64,000 bases of DNA from Candidatus Micrarchaeota archaeon (GTDB lineage: Archaea > Micrarchaeota > Micrarchaeia > Anstonellales > Anstonellaceae), in NCBI GenBank assembly GCA_026414325.1, contig JAOAJF010000001.1, positions 36,090 through 100,089 on the forward strand, given 5' to 3'. The notes beneath the pieces were generated by a model. The model saw only the letters and a program-made list of their open reading frames with translations. It was not told the DNA's origin and did no database searches. A program made the translations under genes and the position numbers. Shown in pieces: positions 37,597-47,824 of the stretch (positions are counted from its first letter, which is position 1; each line of letters begins with the position of its first letter).

Positions 37597-40227
37597 ATGT
37601 ACGACTATTACGATTACTTAGACTTTTCCATTTGTAGAGAAATTGCTTATAGCTTTTTTCCAATCAATAGTGGAGACTTTAAGGTTCACATTCAAGAAGT
37701 TTTAATAGAAAGAGATGGCCAAAAATATAAAATTTCTAGACCACCAACAATTATAAAAGATATTTTAAGATTTAGTATTTCTACATATAATGATGTAACT
37801 TATTGTTTTTATAGTGTGAAAACACCACTCTCTATTTTAGGAAAACTACAAAGAGATATTTCAATAGAGGGGGAATTTTTACCAAAAGACCCACTAAACA
37901 AAGACCCTTTCTATCCTAATAGAGATGTTTTTAACCAGTTTAAAAATTTTATTAATAAGCGAGAATATTACTTTGAGAATGAATTAAATAAAACACTCTT
38001 ACTTCAATTAATTTTTAAAGAGTTAGAAAAAAATAGAGCCTCACCCTCTGAACTTTCTAAAGACTTAAGCGAACTTTTTACTCTTTCTTCTGAAATATCT
38101 GAATTAGAAACTCGAGCTTACAATTTAGTTGCAGAGCTTGAAAGCATAGCATTTTTAACAAAAAAAGACGAGTACCTGTCTCATCATCTAACCTATTCTG
38201 AATTATTTGAAAAATTTGGCCCAACACTAAAAGAGCTTGCAAAAGGTTTTAGGGCTCTTTACAATAATTTTTTGGAAGGAAGAAAAAATAAGAGTTTGCC
38301 ACTTGCTGATTGGTTAAATTTTAACAAAATAAAACCTCCTTTAAAGCAATCTTATTTCAAAGAAATTTTTGAAAAAATCAAAAAGGATAAAGAAGATTTT
38401 GATAGTTTTTCTAAAGCTTTAGATGGATTTTATCTTTCCTCCTTAGGGCAATTAGATACAATCTCTTCTTCCAGAAGGCATCTACTTAGAGCAATTGTGA
38501 TGGTGGTCAAGGATTTAACTTCTAGTTCTCAGTGGGATTTTCTAGCTTCAACAAAAGAATTTATTGCATTTAAAAACGCAGCAAAAAAATATGAAAAATG
38601 CTCTACTCTTTTACTCAAAGGCTTTTCAAGCACAAACAAACTTAAAAGTTATCTTTTTTTAGTAGATTTTCTTAATTCATATTCTAAAGTTTTTAACTCT
38701 TCTTTAGACTTTTTAAATTATATTGAAAAATTAAAAAAGAGTGACAAAAATCTTTATTATCAATTAGCCGAGGTAAAAAAATGCTTAATTTTTTATATGC
38801 AATATATTTCTTTTAGAGATCTTAGAGCAGAAAAAGAATCTTTAGATACTTTTGCTTATCTTATAAAAAAATATAAGGGTTTAGACCTAAACGAATTATT
38901 TACTCTCTACTACTCTTCCTTAGTAAAAGCAAATGAGCTAGCAAACTCTTTTTATTTAAAAGGCTCGCTAGAAGGCTCTATTGATCCTATAAAAATAAAA
39001 AGAAAAGAAATAGCTCTAAAGTTTTTAGAAAATCTAAAAAAACTAAAAAGAGTTTTACCAATTCATTATAATCTAGTTAAATTTAGATATTCTGTTCATG
39101 AATCTCATACTAATTATAAATTTGGGCCATGGTTTGATAATATAAAAACTTCAGATCTGTTTAATCCAGAGCTATTACTAGTTTCTTCTTTTTATCTATT
39201 AAAGCGAGCTATTGGAGAAAAACAAAGTTTAAAAGAAAAAATGGTTTTTTTAAACAAAAGTACAGACCAAAAATTAAGAAAAAGAGTAGAAGAATTAAAC
39301 TCAATTTTAGGCTTTCCTCTTAATTTGCAGTCAGAAAAAGAGCAAAAAAATCAAAAATTCATTGCATTTGGTAGATTAAACCAAGACATCTTACAAGATT
39401 ATTTAGATAAAGTTTCTTCTCTTTATGAGAAACTTAGTACATTAAACAAAGAATTTTACTTAGTCTTAGAGAAAATCTCAAAAAAATATTTAGATTTTTC
39501 ATTAAAAGAGCTTTTGTTTCCAGAATATGCAGCACCATTTTACTACTATGAAAAAGATATACAAGATCAGCTCCAGCTAAAAAAGAGACAAAAAAATAGT
39601 TTTGCAAACATAGAATTAAAATGTTCATTGATTATAAAGCAGCGTTCTAAAAGAAACTTTTCTCAGGATTTAATTTTAGATTTTTCTTCGAATGTGATCT
39701 CCTACAATTTTAAAGGAAAAGATCCAACCAGGCTCTCTATACCTTCTGCTAATAGAAATTCCTTTTATGGAACCTATCTGGAGATTCCAAAAGCAATAGC
39801 ATCTTTAACTCAAGATTATTCCAACACCGAAGCAGATAAACTAGTTTTTTCTACCCTTCCGCTTATACCTGAAATCTTAAATATAAGGCTTTATCTTCTA
39901 AATAAGATATTTAAGGCCTCGGATGCTAGATATTGCTCGGAGCATCTAAATTTATTTTTAGGTTTATTAAAAGATGCAACTTCCTCTGAAAAAGGCTGCT
40001 TTTTTAGTTACAATAATAAAATCTATGAATTTTCCCCAAACTTTTTAGATCGAAAGTTTAATGAGTTTAAACTAGATGAAAGCACAGCTTTAAATATAGA
40101 AAAAAACAGAGCCCTGATTGAAAAAGAAAGAATTCTCTTTACTTTATTAAAACAGGCAACAAGAGCTTTTGAAGCTAGAAGAAAAGCCTTTGCCTTCACT
40201 TTACAAAAACTAAACAAAATCGTTTAA
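37597..40227 (+). CDS. Large hypothetical, mostly helical protein (876 aa)
   Basis: Long ORF with no recognisable motifs. Confidence 0.7.
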   Translation: MYDYYDYLDFSICREIAYSFFPINSGDFKVHIQEVLIERDGQKYKISRPPTIIKDILRFSISTYNDVTYCFYSVKTPLSILGKLQRDISIEGEFLPKDPLNKDPFYPNRDVFNQFKNFINKREYYFENELNKTLLLQLIFKELEKNRASPSELSKDLSELFTLSSEISELETRAYNLVAELESIAFLTKKDEYLSHHLTYSELFEKFGPTLKELAKGFRALYNNFLEGRKNKSLPLADWLNFNKIKPPLKQSYFKEIFEKIKKDKEDFDSFSKALDGFYLSSLGQLDTISSSRRHLLRAIVMVVKDLTSSSQWDFLASTKEFIAFKNAAKKYEKCSTLLLKGFSSTNKLKSYLFLVDFLNSYSKVFNSSLDFLNYIEKLKKSDKNLYYQLAEVKKCLIFYMQYISFRDLRAEKESLDTFAYLIKKYKGLDLNELFTLYYSSLVKANELANSFYLKGSLEGSIDPIKIKRKEIALKFLENLKKLKRVLPIHYNLVKFRYSVHESHTNYKFGPWFDNIKTSDLFNPELLLVSSFYLLKRAIGEKQSLKEKMVFLNKSTDQKLRKRVEELNSILGFPLNLQSEKEQKNQKFIAFGRLNQDILQDYLDKVSSLYEKLSTLNKEFYLVLEKISKKYLDFSLKELLFPEYAAPFYYYEKDIQDQLQLKKRQKNSFANIELKCSLIIKQRSKRNFSQDLILDFSSNVISYNFKGKDPTRLSIPSANRNSFYGTYLEIPKAIASLTQDYSNTEADKLVFSTLPLIPEILNIRLYLLNKIFKASDARYCSEHLNLFLGLLKDATSSEKGCFFSYNNKIYEFSPNFLDRKFNEFKLDESTALNIEKNRALIEKERILFTLLKQATRAFEARRKAFAFTLQKLNKIV

Positions 40228-40247
40228 TTATTCAACCTAACTAGTTT

Positions 40248-40925
40248 CTAAATTTTATTTTGTTTATCTGTCTTTAGCATTTTCATAATAATCGAATAGG
40301 CCTTTGGGCTATCCTCTTCTTTTACTATTATAAGCAATTCTGTTAAGGTAGAAACAATCTGATAAATATTTATTTCCTCCCAGCTTAGATAGCTTATTAC
40401 CCAATCAAAAAAACCAGGCTGATAGAGTATCTCCTTACCAAATCTCAAAACTATTACAGACAAATCCTGCTCAACATTTAATTTTTTTTCATCTGCTAAA
40501 ATTTTCATAATCTTTTCATAGTACTTTTCTTGAGCAACGATGGTTAGCTCATGAGTAGATTGAGTTATACTAAATATATCTGTTATCTGGCTAGAGCACT
40601 CCTGCTGTATTTTTTCTATTTTTTTGACTAAACTTTCATTTTTTCTTAAATCAATACAAAACACTTTTGTTTTTAATCCAACCTCTATATTTTTTAGCTC
40701 AATTTTTTCTTTTAGCGCAGATTCTTTTTTTCCTAACTTCTCTCTTACTCTTGAAATAGCCATTACTAGCGCAGCCTGTTGTACTTCTTTTCCAAGCTCT
40801 TTTTCAATAGGTTCTTTTAAGTATCTTGCTAATTTATGATAAGAAATTATGTCTCTTTCTAAGCATTTTTTTAATGTTAAATTATTTTTAATATAATTTT
40901 CAACTAAATGAGAAATAGTTGGCAT
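40248..40925 (-). CDS. ACT-domain-containing protein (N-terminal HTH-like plus ACT repeats)
   Basis: ISYHKLARYL..ALVMAISR; PGFF..LSWEEINIYQIVSTLTEL. Confidence 0.8.
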   Translation of the reverse strand: MPTISHLVENYIKNNLTLKKCLERDIISYHKLARYLKEPIEKELGKEVQQAALVMAISRVREKLGKKESALKEKIELKNIEVGLKTKVFCIDLRKNESLVKKIEKIQQECSSQITDIFSITQSTHELTIVAQEKYYEKIMKILADEKKLNVEQDLSVIVLRFGKEILYQPGFFDWVISYLSWEEINIYQIVSTLTELLIIVKEEDSPKAYSIIMKMLKTDKQNKI

Positions 40926-41021
40926 ATTGTTATATTCATAACAAAAAGTTAAAAAGCTCATTGCTTTATTTTTTTTAACTTAGCTAAAAATTAATATAAA
41001 TTTTTTCAATTATATATTTCC

Positions 41022-42644
41022 ATGCCAAAAAAGCTTAGTAAAACTAAATATATTTTTATATTGGGTTCAATAATGTCTGGCTTAGGTAAGGGAATTCTTT
41101 CTTCTTCTATAGGAAAAATCTTACAAAGCTGCGATTTTAGCATCTGTCCAATAAAATTTGATGGCTATCTAAACGTAGATTGTGGTACTATGAACCCACT
41201 AAGGCATGGAGAAGTGTTTGTACTCGAGGATGGTACTGAATGTGATATGGACCTTGGAACTTATGAAAGATTTTTAAACATCTCTCTAAATTCTCAAAAT
41301 TCAATAACTGGTGGAAAATTATTTAAAAAAATAATTGAAAAAGAGAGGGCTGGGGGCTATCTTGGAAAAGATGTGCAATTTGTCCCACATCTAACAAACG
41401 AAATTAAAAGTTGGATAAAAAAAGCAGCTGAAGATTTTTCTGCAGATTTCTGCCTTGTAGAAGTTGGTGGAACTGTTGGTGATTTAGAAAATGGCTATTT
41501 TATAGAAGCAGCAAGGCAATTAGCTCAAGAACAAAAAGGAGATGTTCTTTTTATTCAATTAACCTATATTCCATTTTTATCTTCCGGAGAGGCAAAAACA
41601 AAACCAACTCAGCATTCAAACAGGCTTATCACCTCTTTAGGGGTTCATCCAGAAATAATTATTTGTAGAACAGAAGAAAAACTAAACAAAGAAGCAAAAG
41701 AAAAAATCTCGCTTTATTGTAATGTTGAGCCAGATTGTATTTTCGAAGACCCCAAATTAGAATATTTGTACGAACTTCCTTTAGTATTAGAAAAGCAAGG
41801 CTTTAGCTCAATACTATTAAAAAAATTTAATTTAGAGCCAGTTCAACCAAAATTAGATAATTGGAAAAAAATTTTAGATAGATTAGCAAATCCAACCCAG
41901 ACTGTAGATGTTGCAATAACAGGAAAGTACACTGCTGTGGTTGATGCTTATGCTTCAATTAAAGAAGCCTTGGTTCATGCTTCTGCAAAACTAGGAATAA
42001 AAACAAAAGTAGATTTTGTTGACACTGAAGGCTTAGAAAATAACAAAGACCCAAATCAATTGCTACAAAAATATAATGGAATTATTGTTCCAGGGGGTTT
42101 TGGCTCAAGAGGTGTGGAGGGAAAAATAAAAAGTATAGAGTGGGCAAGAATAAATTCAATTCCATTTTTAGGATTATGTTTTGGTATGCAGCTTATGGTA
42201 ATTGAATATGCAAGAAATGTGGCTGGTTTAAAAAATGCAAATTCTACAGAAGTTGATCCAAACACTCCTCATCCAGTTGTTGATCTTTTGCCTTCTCAGA
42301 AAAAAATTACGCAAAAAGGAGGAACGATGCGTTTGGGTAGTTGGGAATGTATTCTAAAGAAAGGAACTAAAGCAGCTTTAGCCTACTCTAAAGAAAGAGT
42401 ATTTGAAAGACATCGCCATCGCTATGAGGTAAACAATGCTTATACTGAGATTTTAGAAAAGGCAGGTCTGATTTTTTCAGGCACTTCTGCTGATGGAACG
42501 ATTATGGAGATGGCTGAATGGCCTACTGGTTGGGGTGTTGCGACTCAGGCTCATGCAGAATTCACTTCAAGACTAGAGCAGCCTTCAGCTTTATTTGTAG
42601 CCTTTTTAGAAGAATGTTTAAAAAATAAAAAAGCAAAAAGCTAA
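41022..42644 (+). CDS. pyrG: CTP synthase
   Basis: SGLGKG, HGEVFV, GGTVGD, KTKPTQ, GLCFGMQ, ERHRHRYEVN, QAHAEF. Confidence 0.97.
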   Translation: MPKKLSKTKYIFILGSIMSGLGKGILSSSIGKILQSCDFSICPIKFDGYLNVDCGTMNPLRHGEVFVLEDGTECDMDLGTYERFLNISLNSQNSITGGKLFKKIIEKERAGGYLGKDVQFVPHLTNEIKSWIKKAAEDFSADFCLVEVGGTVGDLENGYFIEAARQLAQEQKGDVLFIQLTYIPFLSSGEAKTKPTQHSNRLITSLGVHPEIIICRTEEKLNKEAKEKISLYCNVEPDCIFEDPKLEYLYELPLVLEKQGFSSILLKKFNLEPVQPKLDNWKKILDRLANPTQTVDVAITGKYTAVVDAYASIKEALVHASAKLGIKTKVDFVDTEGLENNKDPNQLLQKYNGIIVPGGFGSRGVEGKIKSIEWARINSIPFLGLCFGMQLMVIEYARNVAGLKNANSTEVDPNTPHPVVDLLPSQKKITQKGGTMRLGSWECILKKGTKAALAYSKERVFERHRHRYEVNNAYTEILEKAGLIFSGTSADGTIMEMAEWPTGWGVATQAHAEFTSRLEQPSALFVAFLEECLKNKKAKS

Positions 42645-42686
42645 TTTTTAAATATTTTCCTTGCTTGTTTATTTGTAGGTGATCCT

Positions 42687-43385
42687 TTGCGCAAGCTAAA
42701 AAGAAAGCAACTAAAAGAGCAATATTTACAAAAAAACTATTTTAAAAATATTTTACCAAAAATTTCAAGAAAAGTAGAAAAAAACATAAAGAAAATAGAA
42801 GAAGATATCGATCAATTAAAAGCTAAGGGCGATGAAAACATTAAAAAAACATTGAAAGCATTAAAAAAAGCCTCAAAAATCTTGCAGCAAGCAAAAAAAT
42901 CAAAAATATCCCCATTTTTTATTTCCCCTGATCTTGCACTAAAAAACTTTTCTATTTCTCAGGAAGTTAGCAAAAAATTAGAAGAAAGTTTACAACAAAA
43001 AATAGAACTAAAAAAAGAAATAGAAAGTGGTTTGATTGATTCTCCAATTCCAAAAAGAGTTTCGCTATTAGAACGAATAAAACGAGCAGTGTTTTTAATT
43101 ATTAGAAGAATTGCTGCCCTTCTTAATTTACTTCAACGCTCAAATGTACCTCTAACTCAAACAGGAAGAAAAGCTTTAGAGCAGCTTAGAGACTTATACA
43201 ATCTTCTACTTTTAGAATTTTATGATGAAGAAAGCTTAGCTGCTTTAAAAATAGCCTATGGAGAAGCATGCTTTTATATAACTGAAGCTTCAAGGCAGTA
43301 TTACAAAAAACACAAAGGAAAAGGACGAGAAAATTATCAGGAATACTTTGATAGGTTTGTAAAATCAATCAATTCCATTCAATAA
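42687..43385 (+). CDS. Hypothetical basic helical protein
   Basis: 232-aa ORF with a GGTGA SD before the TTG start. Confidence 0.6.
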   Translation: MRKLKRKQLKEQYLQKNYFKNILPKISRKVEKNIKKIEEDIDQLKAKGDENIKKTLKALKKASKILQQAKKSKISPFFISPDLALKNFSISQEVSKKLEESLQQKIELKKEIESGLIDSPIPKRVSLLERIKRAVFLIIRRIAALLNLLQRSNVPLTQTGRKALEQLRDLYNLLLLEFYDEESLAALKIAYGEACFYITEASRQYYKKHKGKGRENYQEYFDRFVKSINSIQ

Positions 43386-43454
43386 ATAAAACAGCCAACT
43401 TGGGCCTAAAGAGAAAATTTTTAAATTTCTTTCTTTTTATTTTTATGTGGTTAT

Positions 43455-43961
43455 ATGCCAGGCTCAATTTTTAAAAATATAAAAAACAACTTTTTGAGAA
43501 CTCTGCTAGAAGTTTTAGTAAGTGCAATTCCTGGAACGATTATTCTAAGCTTTTTTATTTTTCTTATAGGTCTGCTTAACATATTTTTTAATCTTTCTGA
43601 AGCAAATGATATAACCATATTTTTTTATTTTCCAGTTGTTTGTATTCTCCCTCTAATCATTGGGATTTTAGCCCCACTAATCTTAGAAAAAGTACAAGGA
43701 ACTGAAACTATTAATCTAAAACTTTCTTTTTTGGTCTCATTTATCTCTTCATTTGTTGGCTCGACTGTTTCCTCCTTTATTTTAATGGTGATTGGCTTTG
43801 GGTTTGGCTCCTTTAAACCATTTGGTTTTGCTCCAGAAAATTTTCTTCCTTCTCCATTTGGTTTAATTGTTGGTAGTTTTATTTTGGTTTTTAGCTCAGT
43901 TTTTCTTTCTTTATTAGGTACTGCTATTTACATAACACTCTTGAAAAAATTAGAAGGCTAA
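43455..43961 (+). CDS. Hypothetical membrane protein (about 4 TM)
   Basis: Four hydrophobic segments. Confidence 0.7.
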   Translation: MPGSIFKNIKNNFLRTLLEVLVSAIPGTIILSFFIFLIGLLNIFFNLSEANDITIFFYFPVVCILPLIIGILAPLILEKVQGTETINLKLSFLVSFISSFVGSTVSSFILMVIGFGFGSFKPFGFAPENFLPSPFGLIVGSFILVFSSVFLSLLGTAIYITLLKKLEG

Positions 43962-43962
43962 A

Positions 43963-44217
43963 GTGGGATTTATGGCACAAATTTTAGATATTGTAGGGGA
44001 AATAAAAAATACCTTGATTCAATTAGGTCCAAACATAGCAATAATTTTAATAGTTCTTTCAGGTATTGTCTTTGGTCTATCTTATATCCAACCAGCTTCT
44101 CAAAGAGGGCAGCTGCAATCAGTAGCAATTGGGCTGTTTGTTGGAGGAGTGATTATTGCAGCTCTCACTGCAGCAGCAGAAGCAATTGCTGGAACTTCAG
44201 CAAAACTTTTACTCTAA
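43963..44217 (+). CDS. VirB2/TrbC-like pilin-sized hairpin membrane protein
   Basis: 84 aa; two hydrophobic helices split by a short polar loop (QPASQRGQ); GGVII motif. Confidence 0.55.
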   Translation: MGFMAQILDIVGEIKNTLIQLGPNIAIILIVLSGIVFGLSYIQPASQRGQLQSVAIGLFVGGVIIAALTAAAEAIAGTSAKLLL

Positions 44218-44240
44218 AAGCAAATAAAAATTAATTTAAT

Positions 44241-45254
44241 TTGGTATATATGAATCAAATCCTAGTTCCTGGCCAAAACCTTATAGATCCGGCTTATCAG
44301 CTAGGACTATATCTAGTAGCAATTTCAATTATTTTAGCTGGTTTTATTTTAGGTATAGGAAAAGCCCTAGGCTCTAGAAAAATGCAAAGCTGGGGCATAG
44401 AAGAACTTACTCAAGCAATAATAAACGCAGCATTGTTGGGCGCATTAGTTTCCATCTCTGTAGTTTTATCTCAGCTAGCTGATAGTCTGGTTGGTACTCA
44501 GCCAGCATTTGAAAATTGTTCTTATCCAAATTTTCCATTGTTTATTCAAACAACACTCTGTGCTCAGGACAATATTTTATCAATCATTTATCAGTCTGTT
44601 TCTAAGTTAACTTTGGCTTCTTATCAGCTTGGCTCTTTAAGTACATTAACAATAAAGTTTAATGTTGTTGATTCTCTTCCACTTTTTTCTCTTCGTTATA
44701 TTTCTGAAAATTTTGCTTTAGTAGCAAAAGATTTTTTAAGCTGTGCAACAATACTTGAAACACAAAAACAATTTTTGTTTTTTATAGCCTCTAGTGGATT
44801 TTCTATTTTTCTTCCAATCGGACTTCTTTTAAGAATGTTTTTTATGACAAGAAAAGTTGGTGGAGCAATACTAGCTGGAGCAATCGGTTTTTATATTTTT
44901 TATCCATTGTTCTTACTTTCTTTAACTTTAAACGAAAAAAATATAGAGAATGTTTTTAGCAGCTTTTCAAAAGAAATAGATTCACTTATTTTATCCTCCT
45001 CTCCATTTCCACAAGTAGATTGGAACAAAGAGCAAGAGGTTCTAAATCTTTTTTTCAATTCTTTAGGTTCAAATCCTACTCTGGCATCTAAAACATCCTC
45101 AGTTCTAAGCCTCTCGAGCCAATTTTTAGGTATTATTCAGCTTCATAGCTATATTTTTGTATTAGTTAACATCAGCTGCAGCTTAATTTTTATTTATCAG
45201 CTTGCTTCTGTTCTTGGTTCAGAGTTAAATTTACAGCTTTTTGAAAATTTATAA
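44241..45254 (+). CDS. Polytopic membrane protein, VirB6/CedA-like candidate
   Basis: Multiple TM segments; FLPIGLLLRMFFMTRKVGGAILAGAIGFYIFYP; adjacent to the pilin-like gene. Confidence 0.5.
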   Translation: MVYMNQILVPGQNLIDPAYQLGLYLVAISIILAGFILGIGKALGSRKMQSWGIEELTQAIINAALLGALVSISVVLSQLADSLVGTQPAFENCSYPNFPLFIQTTLCAQDNILSIIYQSVSKLTLASYQLGSLSTLTIKFNVVDSLPLFSLRYISENFALVAKDFLSCATILETQKQFLFFIASSGFSIFLPIGLLLRMFFMTRKVGGAILAGAIGFYIFYPLFLLSLTLNEKNIENVFSSFSKEIDSLILSSSPFPQVDWNKEQEVLNLFFNSLGSNPTLASKTSSVLSLSSQFLGIIQLHSYIFVLVNISCSLIFIYQLASVLGSELNLQLFENL

Positions 45255-45263
45255 AGTGAGTTT

Positions 45264-46091
45264 ATGATAAGATTTGGCCCTGCTGGAGTTCCGCTTTCCT
45301 CACCTTCTCCTTCAACAAAAGACGGAATAATTACTTGTGCAAAATTAGGGCTTAAAGCAATGGAAGTAGAGTTTGTTCATGGAGTGAAAATCCAGCTTTC
45401 AGCAGCAAAAGAATGCTATAGCATTGCAAGAGATTTAGATATAAAACTCTCTATTCATGCTCCTTATTATATAAATCTCTGCTCACCAAAGCAGTATGTA
45501 TTAAAAAATTCTTTTAGGCATATCTCTCAATCAATAGAAGTTGGTCATTATCTTAAAGCAAAACCAATAGTTATACACAGTGGGTTTTATCTAAACCAAA
45601 GTTCAGAGACTTGCACCAAATTAATAAAACAACAATATAAAAATTTGATAGATTATGCAAAAAACAATAATTTTGAGTTTTTATTAGGCCCAGAACTTAC
45701 TGGAAAGAATTCAGCTTATGGGACTTTAGAAGAATTAACAGAGTTGGCCTCATTTTTTGGCATTGAGCAATTAATTCCTGTTTTAGATTTTGCTCACTAT
45801 CATGCTCGTATTTCAAGGCTAAAAACTAAAGACGATTATAAAAAAATTTTAGATTTTTGTGAAAAAAAATTAGGCCAAGAATTTTCAAAAAACCTTCATA
45901 TTCATTTTAGTGGAATTGAGTATAGTGATAAAGGAGAAAAAAAGCATCTACCAGTTTCTTCTAATTCACCTCCCTATAAACCCTTATTAGAAGTTTTAAA
46001 AGAGGGAGGCTATGGTGGAGTTGTAATTTGTGAATCCCCTCTTTTAGAAAAAGATGCTCTTATTTTACAAAAACAATATGAAAAAATTTAG
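45264..46091 (+). CDS. nfo: Endonuclease IV (AP endonuclease family 2)
   Basis: HAPYYINL, VIHSG, ELTGK, DFAHYHAR, HIHFSG, ICESP. Confidence 0.9.
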   Translation: MIRFGPAGVPLSSPSPSTKDGIITCAKLGLKAMEVEFVHGVKIQLSAAKECYSIARDLDIKLSIHAPYYINLCSPKQYVLKNSFRHISQSIEVGHYLKAKPIVIHSGFYLNQSSETCTKLIKQQYKNLIDYAKNNNFEFLLGPELTGKNSAYGTLEELTELASFFGIEQLIPVLDFAHYHARISRLKTKDDYKKILDFCEKKLGQEFSKNLHIHFSGIEYSDKGEKKHLPVSSNSPPYKPLLEVLKEGGYGGVVICESPLLEKDALILQKQYEKI

Positions 46092-46092
46092 T

Positions 46093-47220
46093 TCAATTTT
46101 TTTCCTCCTTTTCTTCCTCTTCTGAGTGCAACTTTACTTTCCAGATTCTTGTTTTTCCTCCAGCAGCTGTGGTGCTATCTATAGAATAAATTAAACCTTC
46201 TTTTTCTAGCCTTTCTAGACGATTTCTAATTGTTCTCTGCTCAGAATCAGAAGCATTTAATTTTTCATAAATCTTTCCAGAGCTTATTCCCTCTTCTTGA
46301 GCTTCAACAATTATACCTAAAATTGTTTTGTCTATCTCATCTAAGTACTCTATTTTTCTAGCAAGTGGAACTTTAGCATATTTCATAGACCTATCTCTTA
46401 TCTTATAAACATGCTCTATTGTTATTTTTGAGCTATTTTCTTCCTCAGCTTTTTTTGCACTCGCCCAAAGCAAATGTATTGCAAATCTTGCATCTCCACC
46501 AGCCTTTGATGCTATTGCTGCACAAAGACCAATAATATCCTCATTATACGCTCCAGACCAGAGTGCAAGTTTTGCTCTCTCTTTTAATATATCTTTTAGC
46601 TGCAAGATATTATAAGGCTCAAATTTTATTGTATTATGAATCAAAGAGGAAGCAATTCTACTATCAAGTTTAGAGGCAAAATTTTCCATATTCGTAATTC
46701 CTATTACTGTGGCTTTTAAGTTCATTGATTCCTTTGCTCTTGCTAAATCATATAAAATCGATTCTTCAGAATTTGCAATTAATCTATCTATCTCGTCCAA
46801 AACCACTATTAATACATTTTCGTTTTTTCTAATAACTTCTGCTATTGTGGCTAGAAGCTCATCAGAAGCAAGTCCCCTTCTTGGACTCATGGAACCTAAA
46901 TCTATTACTATTTTACTTAAAATTCCAAATTTGGTGTAATTTTCCCAACAGTTTATGTATATACAAACTGGTTTTGTACTTACCTCAGTCAGCTGCTTTA
47001 GAATATACTTAATTGTAGTTGTTTTTCCAGTTCCAGGTTTTCCAATAAGAAGAATAGGGGCTGGTGTTTTTCCATATTCGGCATCTTTTAACATGTAGGC
47101 TATTTCTCTAATCTGGCTTTCTCGTCCTATAAGCTGTTCTGGTAAATAATCTGGCTTTAACACAGCCTCGTTTTTAAAAATACTTCTTCTACCGCTAAGC
47201 TCTTTAAATATATTTGCCAT
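46093..47220 (-). CDS. cdc6: Orc1/Cdc6 replication initiator, copy 1
   Basis: LKPDYLP..GRESQI, GKPGTGKT, YINC, VLDEID, GDARFA. Confidence 0.92.
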   Translation of the reverse strand: MANIFKELSGRRSIFKNEAVLKPDYLPEQLIGRESQIREIAYMLKDAEYGKTPAPILLIGKPGTGKTTTIKYILKQLTEVSTKPVCIYINCWENYTKFGILSKIVIDLGSMSPRRGLASDELLATIAEVIRKNENVLIVVLDEIDRLIANSEESILYDLARAKESMNLKATVIGITNMENFASKLDSRIASSLIHNTIKFEPYNILQLKDILKERAKLALWSGAYNEDIIGLCAAIASKAGGDARFAIHLLWASAKKAEEENSSKITIEHVYKIRDRSMKYAKVPLARKIEYLDEIDKTILGIIVEAQEEGISSGKIYEKLNASDSEQRTIRNRLERLEKEGLIYSIDSTTAAGGKTRIWKVKLHSEEEEKEEKN

Positions 47221-47265
47221 AGTTTTATATCTTTCAAAAATATTATAACAATATGGGGTGAGTTT

Positions 47266-47823
47266 GTGGTGCTTTTAGAATCTGTTCAAAAACTTAAACC
47301 AGGAACAAAAGCTCCAGATTTTAAACTAAAGGCTACAGATAATAAAATTTATTCTTTGGCTAATTTTGAAGGCTCAAAGGCTTTGGTTATAATCTTTATT
47401 TGCAATCACTGCCCATATGTAAAAGCAAAAATAGCTAAGATAGTTCAGCTTGCTCTAAAGTATAAAAATCAAGGTGTGCAATTTGTTTTAATAAATCCAA
47501 ACAACAATCCAAATTATCCTGAAGACTCATTTGAAAACATGGTGAAATTTGCAAAAGAAAACAAAATTTTCTTCCCTTATTTATTTGATGAAACCCAAGA
47601 GGTAGCTAAATCCTATGGTGCAGTGTGCACACCCGATCCATTTGTTTTTGACTCTTCTTTTAAATTAGTCTATCATGGAAGAATTGATGATGCACATTAT
47701 CCATCGGCACAAAACCCAACTTCAGAAGATTTAGAAGAAGCAATTTTAGCTACAATAGAAGGAAAAAAATTAAACAAAAAATTTCTTCCTTCCAGAGGCT
47801 GTTCAATAAAATGGAGGGAATAA
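47266..47823 (+). CDS. AhpC/TSA-like thioredoxin-fold protein
   Basis: FICNHCPYV, YGAVCTPD, YHGRIDD, GCSIKW. Confidence 0.9.
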   Translation: MVLLESVQKLKPGTKAPDFKLKATDNKIYSLANFEGSKALVIIFICNHCPYVKAKIAKIVQLALKYKNQGVQFVLINPNNNPNYPEDSFENMVKFAKENKIFFPYLFDETQEVAKSYGAVCTPDPFVFDSSFKLVYHGRIDDAHYPSAQNPTSEDLEEAILATIEGKKLNKKFLPSRGCSIKWRE

Positions 47824-47824
47824 A

